Source of the DNA: Solirubrobacterales bacterium
Lineage (GTDB): Bacteria > Actinomycetota > Thermoleophilia > Solirubrobacterales > JBBDJG01
Assembly (NCBI GenBank): GCA_038326655.1
Contig: JBBQKG010000008.1
Location: forward strand, 23,679-87,678
Length of the DNA: 64,000 bases
Direction of reading: 5' to 3'
A program made the position numbers and the translations under genes. The notes beneath the pieces were generated by a model, which worked only from the letters and a program-made list of their open reading frames with translations, was not told the origin of the DNA and did no database searches. Shown in pieces: positions 44,145 to 52,568 of the stretch (the stretch's first letter is position 1; each line of letters opens with the position of its first letter).

Positions 44145-44786
44145 TCACTTCACGACGCGGTAGGTGAGGTGGGTGACGCCGGGGGCCCCGACCGCGCGGG
44201 TGCACTCGAGCGCGATCTCGGCGCCCCCGAGGTTGTCGAACAGACGAGCGCCGTCTCCCAGGAGGACGGGGGCGACATGGATCTGCATCTGGTCGATCAG
44301 CCCTGCCTTCAAATACTGCTGCGCGATGTTCGCGCCGCCGCTCAAGCCGACGTCCTTGCCGCCGGCCGCTTCCTTGGCCTGCTCCAGGGCGGACTCGATC
44401 CCGTCGGTCACGAACGTGAAGGTCGTGCCTCCCTCCTTCGCGACCGGCTCTCGGGCGTGGTGGGTGACGATGAAGACCGGCACGTGAAAAGGCGGGTCGT
44501 CTCCCCACCAGCCGTCCCAGGGGTCATCTCCCCATGGGCCCCTGCCGCCGAACATGTTCCTGCCCATCACAACCGCTCCGAGGTTCTCGAGGGATTCCTC
44601 GACAACCTTGGTGGAGGCGTTGACTTCACCACCCTCCTGGCCGTGGGGCGCGCGCCAAGCCGCAAGCTCGAAGGCCCACTGGTGGAGCTGCATGCCGCCC
44701 TCGCCCAGCGGGTCCTCCTCGCTCTGGTTCGGCCCGGCAACGAAGCCGTCCAGTGACATCGAAATGTCGAGTCTCAGTCTTGGCAC
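44145..44786 (-). CDS. Dihydrofolate reductase family protein (RibD C-terminal domain type)
   Basis: 213 aa. ISMSLDGFVAGPN ... VVMGRNMF ... PVFIVTHH ... VGLSGGANIAQQYLKAGLIDQMQIHVAPVLLGDG. Confidence 0.85.
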   Translation of the reverse strand: MPRLRLDISMSLDGFVAGPNQSEEDPLGEGGMQLHQWAFELAAWRAPHGQEGGEVNASTKVVEESLENLGAVVMGRNMFGGRGPWGDDPWDGWWGDDPPFHVPVFIVTHHAREPVAKEGGTTFTFVTDGIESALEQAKEAAGGKDVGLSGGANIAQQYLKAGLIDQMQIHVAPVLLGDGARLFDNLGGAEIALECTRAVGAPGVTHLTYRVVK

Positions 44787-44850
44787 GGCGCCTCCCTGGT
44801 GGTCGTTTCCATGAATCAGACCGCTCGCCTCAGGCCTCGTCGCCGGCCTG

Positions 44851-45255
44851 TCAGGTCGCCCCGTCGGCCGCGCTGTGCAGCGCCGCGATGTCGAGCTTGC
44901 GCATCCCGAGCATCGCCTGCATCGCGCGCTCGGCCCGCTCCGGATCCGGATCGGCGAACAGCTCTTCCATTCCGGCCGGTACCACCTGCCAGGACAGGCC
45001 GTACCTGCCCTTGAGCCAGCCGCACGGCCCTTCCTCCCCGCCCGCGGACAGCCGCTCCCAGTAGTAGTCGACCTCGCCCTGGATCTCGCAGTTGATCTGG
45101 AAGGAGACGGCCTCGTCGAACGCGAACTGGGGGCCGCCGTTGATCGCGACGAGCCGCTGACCGTCCAACTCGAACTCCACGGTCATCACCATGCCGGCCG
45201 GTCGCGGCCCGGCCTCGGTGTCGAACCACAGGTTCGGCGTGATCTTCTGTCGCAT
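44851..45255 (-). CDS. PhnB-like VOC protein (3-demethylubiquinone-9 3-methyltransferase domain family), apparently with an internal N-terminal deletion
   Basis: Start is ATG 45255 (MRQKITPNLWFD). MTVEFELDGQRLVAINGGPQFAFDEAVSFQINC ... CGWLKGRYGLSWQVVP. About 24 residues usually found between LWFD and the MTVxFELDGQ block seem to be missing (from my memory of the family consensus). Confidence 0.8.
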   Translation of the reverse strand: MRQKITPNLWFDTEAGPRPAGMVMTVEFELDGQRLVAINGGPQFAFDEAVSFQINCEIQGEVDYYWERLSAGGEEGPCGWLKGRYGLSWQVVPAGMEELFADPDPERAERAMQAMLGMRKLDIAALHSAADGAT

Positions 45256-45420
45256 GACGTTGCGGCCTCTCATTACGGCGGGACAGGTTCCCGCGGGTGA
45301 AGAGTTGGTCGTACGCGCTACTTCACGGTCACTTCATTCGCCCGCCGCAAGCTTCGTCGCGATCATGTCAACCAATAAAGGAGGAAAACAATGAGTGGCT
45401 GAGCCCAGGTCGACGACGGC

Positions 45421-46389
45421 CTACGGCGTCATCACGACGCGACCGAAGGCCTTGCGGCTTTCGATGTATGTGTGCGCAGCGGCAGCCTCGGCGAGCGGGA
45501 ACGTCCTGTCGATCTCGACGCGCACGTCGCCCGCCACGACCCGCTCGAATAAGTCAGCGATCATCGCGTGGACACGGGGATACTCGGTCAGCAGCGCCCC
45601 GCCGAGGAAGACACCGCGCAGCGTGTTGTTCTGCGTCCACAGATCCCTCGCCTCGACGCTGGAGCCGGCTCGGCCCGCCACCCCCACGCTCACGAGCGTC
45701 CCGTGATAGGCGAGCGCGCCGATGCTGTCGACCAGGTTCTGGCCGCCGACCGAATCGAGGATCACGTCAACGCCGCGACCGTCGGTCAGCTCACGCGTTC
45801 GTTCTACGAAGCTCTCGCTGGCGTAGTTGATGCCGTGGTCGAGCCCGAACTCACGCAGGCGCTCGAGCTTCCCGTCGTCGGACGCGGTCGAGATCACGGT
45901 CGCACCCGCCTGCTTGGCGAGCTGGATCGCGGCCATCCCGACGCCGCCCGCTCCCGCGTGGATCAGGACTGTCTGCCCAGCCTCGAGATTTCCGGCCGTG
46001 AACAGGCACTCTTGGGCGGTCCCGAGCGCGACCGGGACGCACGCGGCGGGAGCGGCGTCCAACCCGGCGGGGATCGGCCACGTGGACATCGCCGGAGTGA
46101 CCCGTTTAGAGGCGTGCGAGCCCGCAGTGTTGAGGGTCACCAGGCGGTCGCCGACAGCGCGGTCCTCGACGCCGGCGCCGACCTCGACGACAGTGCCCGC
46201 GGCAAGGTATCCCACGATGTGGGGAACGGCCGGCGGCGGCGACCCGGCGCGGGACAGCAAGTCCCCGCCCTCGATGCTGATCGCCTCGACGTCGATCAGC
46301 AAGCAGCCGTTTGGGCATTCGGGATCGGGTACGTCCTCGTACCGCAGAACGTCCGGGCCGCCGTTCTCGTAGATCGCCGCCGCCTTCAT
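45421..46389 (-). CDS. NADPH:quinone oxidoreductase / zeta-crystallin-like MDR
   Basis: Only the last 322 codons of the 825-aa ORF are real, starting at ATG 46389 (MKAAAIYENGGPDVL). IHAGAGGVGMAAIQLAK is the NAD(P) motif. There is no structural-zinc Cys cluster. Confidence 0.9.
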   Translation of the reverse strand: MKAAAIYENGGPDVLRYEDVPDPECPNGCLLIDVEAISIEGGDLLSRAGSPPPAVPHIVGYLAAGTVVEVGAGVEDRAVGDRLVTLNTAGSHASKRVTPAMSTWPIPAGLDAAPAACVPVALGTAQECLFTAGNLEAGQTVLIHAGAGGVGMAAIQLAKQAGATVISTASDDGKLERLREFGLDHGINYASESFVERTRELTDGRGVDVILDSVGGQNLVDSIGALAYHGTLVSVGVAGRAGSSVEARDLWTQNNTLRGVFLGGALLTEYPRVHAMIADLFERVVAGDVRVEIDRTFPLAEAAAAHTYIESRKAFGRVVMTP

Positions 46390-46470
46390 GGGGCACGACT
46401 CTATTCGAGGGCCAGACTTTCGCTCAGGATCGTGCAAGGCTAGTGTCGATGGGAGCGAGAGGAGGCGGTC

Positions 46471-47916
46471 GTGGAGCAGGCAGATGTCGTTGTCGTCGGG
46501 GGGCGCCTCGCCGGATGTGCGGTGGCGGCGCCGCTTGCCCGCGCGGGCCGCAAGGTGGTCGTGCTGGACAAGATGAGCTTCCCGTCGGATCAGCTCTCCA
46601 CCCATGTGCTCACACCCGGCGGCACCAGCGAGCTCGCAAAGCTCGGCGCGCTTCCGCGAATCCTGGCCCTGAACCCGTCGAAGATCCGGTGGGTCACAAT
46701 CGTGGCCGAGGGCATCGTGTGCACCGAGCGCCTGCGCCCGGCGCCCGACGGAACCGACTTCGGGCTCTGCGTACCTCGCGACCTGCAGGACATATGCCTC
46801 GTCGAAGCCGCCCGCGAGCAGGGCGCCGAGGTCCGCGAGCGCTGCACGGTCTCGTCGCTGCACTGGCGCACCGGCCGCGTGGCGGGCGTTCGCTACACCG
46901 ACGAACACGGAGTCGAGCGCGACATCTCCGCCACGCTTGTCGTAGGGGCCGACGGCCGCCGCTCGAGCGTCGCCGCGGAGGTCGGCGCCTGGAGCCCCTA
47001 TCGGGTCTCGCGCAACGGCCGCGGCCTGGTCTTCCGCTACCTCGACGATCCCCAGGCGGGGACCCGCGCGGCGGAGACGTATATCCAGTGGCGCGAGGGA
47101 GACTCGTTCGCATTCGCCTTCCCGACTGCTCCCGAGGGCAGGCTGCTGATCCTTCTCATGGGCCATCGCGACGAGGTCGCCGACGCGCGCAAGGATCCCG
47201 AGGGCCACTGGCAGCGCAAGCTCCACGAGCACCGCGGCCTCGCCCAGCGGATCGACGGCCTGGACAAGAGCACCTGCACGAAACTGCGGTCGACGGGCGA
47301 GACGCCGGCCTTCTTCCGTGCCTCGTCCGGGCCGGGCTGGGCGCTGGCCGGCGACGCCGGGCACTTCAAGGACCCCGTGACCGGACAGGGCATGCGCGAT
47401 GCGTTGTGGATGGGACGCACGCTCGCCGAGCACGTGCTGCCGGTGCTTGACGACCCGGCCGCGATCGACGGAGCGACGCGCATCTGGGAGGCCGAGCGCG
47501 ACCGCGACTGCTTGCACGCCTACCACTCCGCCAACCTCGACACACGGGTGGAGCGACAGTCCCCGGCCCTCTGCGAGCTTGTGCGTGACGCCGGGCGGAC
47601 CACGGAGCCCGACCTCAGCGATCTTTTCGGCCGTGCGCGCACGTTTTACGAGATTGCCCCGCTGCCACGCCTGACCCGCGCCCTTGTCGCCGCCCTTTGG
47701 CGCGGCGAGCGGCCGCGCAGGGAGACGCTGAGGTACGCCGTCCGCGACATCCGTACCGACCTCGAGATGCGGCGGGAGCGCTCCGCTGATCGCTTCCGGG
47801 CCACCCGCACGGTCACGGGCTCGGACCATCCGGGTGCCGTGTGGCCGCCACCACCCCCCGGCGTCAGAGCCGCACCCGCCGCGACTCCCGCCGTCCATCA
47901 GGAGGCACCGGCATGA
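46471..47916 (+). CDS. FAD-dependent monooxygenase/oxidoreductase (group A flavoprotein-like) with ~100-aa C-terminal extension
   Basis: GTG start preceded by GAGAGGAGG. DVVVVGGRLAGC (dinucleotide fold), VVGADGRRSSVA, and GDAGHFKDPVTGQGMRDA. The C-terminus is Arg/Pro-rich. Confidence 0.85.
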   Translation: MEQADVVVVGGRLAGCAVAAPLARAGRKVVVLDKMSFPSDQLSTHVLTPGGTSELAKLGALPRILALNPSKIRWVTIVAEGIVCTERLRPAPDGTDFGLCVPRDLQDICLVEAAREQGAEVRERCTVSSLHWRTGRVAGVRYTDEHGVERDISATLVVGADGRRSSVAAEVGAWSPYRVSRNGRGLVFRYLDDPQAGTRAAETYIQWREGDSFAFAFPTAPEGRLLILLMGHRDEVADARKDPEGHWQRKLHEHRGLAQRIDGLDKSTCTKLRSTGETPAFFRASSGPGWALAGDAGHFKDPVTGQGMRDALWMGRTLAEHVLPVLDDPAAIDGATRIWEAERDRDCLHAYHSANLDTRVERQSPALCELVRDAGRTTEPDLSDLFGRARTFYEIAPLPRLTRALVAALWRGERPRRETLRYAVRDIRTDLEMRRERSADRFRATRTVTGSDHPGAVWPPPPPGVRAAPAATPAVHQEAPA

Positions 47917-48944
47917 CCCGCATCGCCGTCGTCCAGCCCGCCCTCGCCCTGGGAGAGGTCGAGGCCAACCTGATCCGCATCGAGGACCTCATCCGCGACG
48001 CCCATCGGGAGCACAACGCTGAAGTTGTGCTCGTCCCCGAGGCCTGCACGTCGCCGAACGTGTACGCCAAGGTCCTGCTCGGCACCGCGCGGCCGATCGA
48101 CGGCCAGCCCTTCCAGCTCTTGACGCGCCTGGCACGCGAGCTCGATTGCGTGATCGGCGGCGGCTTCGTCGCGGTGCGCGGCAAGCACACCTACGGCACC
48201 TACGTCCTCGCCGAGCCCAACGGCGCGGTACACCTCCACGACAAGGACATCCCAACCGCTTGGGAGCGGAACTACTACAAGGGCGGGGACGACGACGGCG
48301 TCGTGCGATGCGAGACGCTCGGCACCAGCGTCGGTCTGATGTCCGGATGGGAATGGGCCCGCAACCGCACGTCCGGCCGCGTGCGTGCCGGCGGCGCGCA
48401 GCTTGTGTTGGGCGGCATGTGCTGGCCGTCGATGCCGACCAACTGGCCCGGTCCGCTGCGGTGGCTGACCAAGCGAGAGCACGGAATCTGGCGTAGGCAG
48501 GCGCGTGCGCTGCCCGGCCAGGTCGCACGGCTGACGGGCGTGCCCGTTGCGCACGCCTCGCACGTGGGCCCGATCACGGGAGAGACGCCGATGGGCCCGG
48601 GCATCCCGTGGCCGACCGAGATGATCGGCGAGTCGCAGATCTGCGACCGCGACGGCACGATCCTGGCTCGCATGACGCTCGAGGACGGCGAGGGCCACGT
48701 AGGTGCCGACGTGCAGATCAGCCCGCCGGCACCCTTGGAACCGATCGGCGAACGCTTTTGGATTCCGAAGTTCACGATCGTCACGCATGCGGCGTGGCAC
48801 GGGATGAACGCCCATGGAGCGCTCAACTACAGGCTGCGTCACGCCCGCAAGGGCTTTGAGTGGCAGCGCTGGCCGGCTGGCGATCTACCGGACGAGATCG
48901 GACCCCGGAGCGCGGCGGATGTGCCGCACGCGACGACAAGCTGA
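47913..48944 (+). CDS. Carbon-nitrogen hydrolase (nitrilase superfamily)-like protein
   Basis: ATG 47913 forms an ATGA overlap with the FAD gene stop and is preceded by GGAGG. MTRIAVVQPALALGEVEANL ... VVLVPEA (Glu) ... LHDKD (Lys). At the expected nucleophile position I read GLMSGWEW, not a clear Cys motif. Confidence 0.75.
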   Translation: MTRIAVVQPALALGEVEANLIRIEDLIRDAHREHNAEVVLVPEACTSPNVYAKVLLGTARPIDGQPFQLLTRLARELDCVIGGGFVAVRGKHTYGTYVLAEPNGAVHLHDKDIPTAWERNYYKGGDDDGVVRCETLGTSVGLMSGWEWARNRTSGRVRAGGAQLVLGGMCWPSMPTNWPGPLRWLTKREHGIWRRQARALPGQVARLTGVPVAHASHVGPITGETPMGPGIPWPTEMIGESQICDRDGTILARMTLEDGEGHVGADVQISPPAPLEPIGERFWIPKFTIVTHAAWHGMNAHGALNYRLRHARKGFEWQRWPAGDLPDEIGPRSAADVPHATTS

Positions 48945-49000
48945 CGGCTCGATATCTACGGGCATCGGGACGGAACTATCTGGCGCTGCAAGCGAAAAAG

Positions 49001-49364
49001 TGGAGACGGCGGGAATCGAACCCGCGTCCGCGATCGCGTTGGAGAGGGCGTCTACAAGCTTAGTCGGCGCTTGAATCTCGCCTTCCGGCGTCCGCACCGA
49101 CGGGCACGTCCGGAAGGCCAGCTCCCTTGATGTCCCCTAAGCGGCGGGAGCGACCCGCTTCGGGCTAGCCCGTTTCTGAAGCCGGTGCCCCTCCCCACGG
49201 GCCGAGGGAGGACCGACTCCTCACTGCCTACCGATTAGGCAGCAGCGAGGGCGTACTCGTGAGAGTCCGCATCTGTATGTTTCCCGGTTTTTTTACGAGG
49301 CCAACCGGGGACCTCGGCTTGCGGCTGTCTCCACGGACCGATCACGTCGAAACCAATCGTCCCC
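49001..49364 (-). ncRNA. ssrA: tmRNA (transfer-messenger RNA)
   Basis: The minus strand starts GGGGACGATTGGTTTCGACG and ends GGACGCGGGTTCGATTCCCGCCGTCTCCA. The acceptor stem GGGGACG/CGTCTCC has a G3:U pair, and CCA is not encoded. The internal tag frame GCG GAC TCT CAC GAG TAC GCC CTC GCT GCT GCC TAA gives ADSHEYALAAA (49235-49270). A TAGAAT -10-like box lies at 49378-49383. Confidence 0.9.
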
Positions 49365-49462
49365 GTGTGCTGTCTCAATTCTAGCCACGGCCCGCCGGAG
49401 GCCCGTCCAGAAGGGCAGGCAAAAGAGGTTTCCGCGGCTAACCTCGTATAGAGACGCTGAAC

Positions 49463-50308
49463 ATGGAATCGAGCCAGCACACCGCCCCGCACCCGCTCCC
49501 CGAGGGCCCGATCCATCCCGGCGGCGGTCGGCGGATCGACTGGCGGCGCTACTTCGCGCCCGTGGGCGCGGTGCTGCTCGCGATCGCCAAGCTCGGCGCG
49601 AAGGCGAAGGCGCTGATCTTCCTGCTGCCGAAGCTGAAGCTTTTCACGACCGCCGGCACGATGCTCGTCTCCGTCGGCGCCTATTCCCTGATCTGGGGCT
49701 GGCGGTTCGCGGCGGGGTTCGTGCTGTTGCTGCTGGTGCACGAGATGGGCCACGTGATCCAGCTGCGGCGCGAAGGCGTCAAGGCATCGGCACCGATGTT
49801 CATCCCGTTCCTCGGCGCAGTGATCGCCGCTCGGTCATTTGGCGGCAACGCGCTCGCGGAGGCACGCGTGGGCCTTGCCGGCCCGGTGCTAGGCAGCCTC
49901 GGCGCCGCGGCAGTCGCTGCGCTCGCGTTCGCGACCGGCAGCGACCTGCTGCGCGCGCTCGCCTTCACCGGCTTCCTCCTGAACCTCTTCAACCTCCTCC
50001 CCGTGGTACCGCTCGACGGCGGCCGAGCGATGGCGGCGCTGTCGCCCTGGATGTGGATCGTGGGCTTCGCGGGGCTCGTGGCACTGACGGTGCTCCTGCC
50101 GAACCCGATCATGGTCCTGATCCTGCTGTTCGCGGGCCTCGAGACCTGGCGGCGGTGGCAGGTGCGCAAGTCGCCGGAGCAGCAGGCCTACTACCGCGTC
50201 TCCCCGCACGCGCGCATCCTCGTCGCGGCCACCTACCTGGTGATGATCGGCCTGCTCGCGCTGGGAATGACGGCCACGCATCTGCCGCGGACCTTCGGCG
50301 ACGCGTAG
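49463..50308 (+). CDS. M50 (site-2 protease family) membrane metallopeptidase
   Basis: 281 aa, polytopic. HEMGH (HExxH) and NLFNLLPVVPLDGG (NxxPxxxLDG). Confidence 0.85.
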   Translation: MESSQHTAPHPLPEGPIHPGGGRRIDWRRYFAPVGAVLLAIAKLGAKAKALIFLLPKLKLFTTAGTMLVSVGAYSLIWGWRFAAGFVLLLLVHEMGHVIQLRREGVKASAPMFIPFLGAVIAARSFGGNALAEARVGLAGPVLGSLGAAAVAALAFATGSDLLRALAFTGFLLNLFNLLPVVPLDGGRAMAALSPWMWIVGFAGLVALTVLLPNPIMVLILLFAGLETWRRWQVRKSPEQQAYYRVSPHARILVAATYLVMIGLLALGMTATHLPRTFGDA

Positions 50309-50331
50309 CCGTTCCAGCACGAACGTCCAGC

Positions 50332-50814
50332 TCAGCGGCTGCGGTGCCGCAGCGCCCGCTCCATTTCGCGCTTCTGCTCGCGCTCACGGATCGACTCGCG
50401 CTTGTCACGCAGATCCTTGCCGCGCGCGAGCGCAAGCTCGACCTTCGCGCGCGGACCTGAGAAGTAGATCCGCGTCGGCACGAGCGTCAGGCCGCGCTCC
50501 TGGGTCTTGCCGATCAGCCGCTCGATCTCGTTCCTGTGCATCAGCAGCTTACGCGGCCGCTCGGGGTCGTGGCCGTCGCCCGCGGCCGGCCCGTAGGGGG
50601 CGATGTGCATGTTGTGGAGCCACACCTCGCCGTCGCGCACGAGCGCATATGCGTCCTTGAGGTTGGCCTGGCCGTCGCGGAGCGACTTCACCTCGGAGCC
50701 CTCGAGGGCGATCCCCGTCTCCCAGGTCTCGAGCAGGTCGTAACGGAACCGGGCCTGCCGGTTGGTGGCGATGTCGGGACCGCCCGGCTTGCGCCCTTTC
50801 GATCGCTTGCTCAT
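50332..50814 (-). CDS. smpB: SsrA-binding protein
   Basis: 160 aa. NRQARFRYDLLETWETGIALEGSEVKSLR ... LHNMHIAPY ... RPRKLLMHRNEI ... GLTLVPTRIYF. Confidence 0.95.
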   Translation of the reverse strand: MSKRSKGRKPGGPDIATNRQARFRYDLLETWETGIALEGSEVKSLRDGQANLKDAYALVRDGEVWLHNMHIAPYGPAAGDGHDPERPRKLLMHRNEIERLIGKTQERGLTLVPTRIYFSGPRAKVELALARGKDLRDKRESIREREQKREMERALRHRSR

Positions 50815-52568
50815 TGTGCCGCGGCGGCCGCGCTCGCCGCCGGGTCGAGGTCTACGCGCCCGCGCGCCGCGTCTATCGAGCGCACGACGACGTCGATCGG
50901 GTCGGCCAGCCGGAGCCGACGCCCCGTGCTGCGGCCGACCAGTGCCGTCTGCTCCTCGTTCAGGTCGTACCAGTCACCTCCGAGCCGGCGCACCGGCAAG
51001 AAGCCCTCGCACGCAGCGCCTCCCTCGACGCCTGGGAAGCTGACGAATGCCCCGGCGCCGATGATGCCCGACACCTCCCCTTCGAACGGGCGGTCCCAAC
51101 CCGAGCCACCGAGGTCTCGCTCGAGCAGGAAGGCGAAGCAGATGTCGTCGGCGTCGCGCTCGAGCGACATCGCCTCACGCTCGGTCGCGCTCGTGTGCGT
51201 GGCGATCGCGTCGAGCTCGTGTGCCGGCGGCGGATGCTCCTCCTCCCCGGCCGCGGCGAGCAGTGCCCGGTGGACGCACAGGTCGGGGTAGCGGCGGATC
51301 GGCGAGGTGAAGTGGCAGTAGGCGGCGCTCGCAAGCCCCGCGTGGCCGATGTTGTGCGGCGAGTAGACCGCCTGCTTCAGAGAGCGCAGGATCAGCGAGG
51401 TGAGCGCGTCGCCGCGCCTGCCCGTCGCGTCGAGGTACTCGCGCAGCTTCACGCTGATCTCGCCGACGAGCCGGCCCGCCTCCCGCGGCCCGAGATGCGG
51501 AGGTAGCGGCGGCGTCGGCACGTCGAGGCTCTCGAGCCGCCTGACGAGGTTCTCGACGGCAGAGGGATCGGGCTGGTCGTGAACCCTGAAGATCGCAGGC
51601 CTGCGTGCCGCCTCGAACCGCTCGGCGACCCGCTCGTTCGCGGCGATCATGAGCTGCTCGATCACGCTGTGCGACTCCGTCTGCACGATGTCACGCGCCG
51701 CCACCACGTGTCCTCGGTCGTCGAAGTCGAACTCGGGCTCGGAGGTCTCCACCCCGAGCGCGCCACGCGCCAGACGCGCGTTTCGGAGCCCGGCCGCAAC
51801 TGCGCGCGCACGCATGAGCGGCTCCGTCACCGACTCGGGCGCCCTGCGTCTGCCGGCGAAGATCTCGTCCACCTGCTCGTACGTGAAGCGGACATCCGAC
51901 CGGATCAGGCTGCGATAGAACGCCGTCCGCCCGATTCCGCCATCTGGTCCGACCGTGAACTCGACCGTGACCGCACGGCGCGGGGCGCCCGGCACGAGCG
52001 AGCAGGCGAGCGTCGAAAGCGCCCCCGGAAGCATCGGCTCGGCCGTTCCCGGGAGATACACGCTGTTGCCGCGATCGGCGGCTTCGACGTCGATCGCCGA
52101 GCCGGCGGGCACGAACGCGCAGACATCGGCGATGTGCACGTAGACGGACACCGAGTCGCCCTGGGACTCTGCCGAGATCGCGTCGTCGAAGTCGAGCGCG
52201 CTCACCGGGTCGATCGTGAAGGTGGGCATCCCGGTCAGGTCGCGACGGGCCGCGTGGTCCTCGGACTGCGAGGCCTCTTGGGCTTCTTGCTCGACCCGCT
52301 TCGGAAAGCCCCGGTCATAGCCGCGGTCTGCCAGCAACGCCTCCATCACGTCGCGCGGGACATCCGGGCGCCCGAGCGAGCGCACCACCTGTGCGCGCCC
52401 GTTGCGCATGAATCGCACGAGCACCAGGTCGCCGACCGAGAAGTCGCCGCGGCGAACGTCAAGCGTGACCCGCCGGCCCCGCTCGAAGAACGGCTCGACC
52501 ACCGTGAAGCGGCCGCGCCGCTCCACGATCCCGACACGCCCCCCACCGGCAGGGCTCGCAGGCGTCAT
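50811..52568 (-). CDS. rnr: Ribonuclease R / RNB-family 3'-5' exoribonuclease
   Basis: 585 aa. RNB core (TFTIDPVSALDFDDAIS, VYVHIADV, VYLPGTAEPMLP, HAGLASAAYCHFTSPIRRYPDL) and a C-terminal S1 domain (GEVSGIIGAGAFVSF). 4-nt overlap with smpB. Confidence 0.9.
   Translation of the reverse strand: MTPASPAGGGRVGIVERRGRFTVVEPFFERGRRVTLDVRRGDFSVGDLVLVRFMRNGRAQVVRSLGRPDVPRDVMEALLADRGYDRGFPKRVEQEAQEASQSEDHAARRDLTGMPTFTIDPVSALDFDDAISAESQGDSVSVYVHIADVCAFVPAGSAIDVEAADRGNSVYLPGTAEPMLPGALSTLACSLVPGAPRRAVTVEFTVGPDGGIGRTAFYRSLIRSDVRFTYEQVDEIFAGRRRAPESVTEPLMRARAVAAGLRNARLARGALGVETSEPEFDFDDRGHVVAARDIVQTESHSVIEQLMIAANERVAERFEAARRPAIFRVHDQPDPSAVENLVRRLESLDVPTPPLPPHLGPREAGRLVGEISVKLREYLDATGRRGDALTSLILRSLKQAVYSPHNIGHAGLASAAYCHFTSPIRRYPDLCVHRALLAAAGEEEHPPPAHELDAIATHTSATEREAMSLERDADDICFAFLLERDLGGSGWDRPFEGEVSGIIGAGAFVSFPGVEGGAACEGFLPVRRLGGDWYDLNEEQTALVGRSTGRRLRLADPIDVVVRSIDAARGRVDLDPAASAAAAAQ

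Noticed and set aside
45421-47898. An 825-aa ORF on the minus strand, the longest in the track.
   Set aside because: Only its last 322 codons (from ATG 46389) look like a real protein, a quinone oxidoreductase. The upstream ~500 codons are Arg/Gly/Ala/Pro-rich and lie antisense to a well-supported FAD monooxygenase gene. This is a typical stop-poor antisense frame in GC-rich DNA.
48945-49000. Possible genomic island integrated at the tmRNA 3' end.
   Set aside because: I found no integrase/recombinase gene, no visible direct repeat of the ssrA 3' end and no compositional break by eye in the ~6 kb downstream. A computational repeat search was not possible, so this is a soft rejection.
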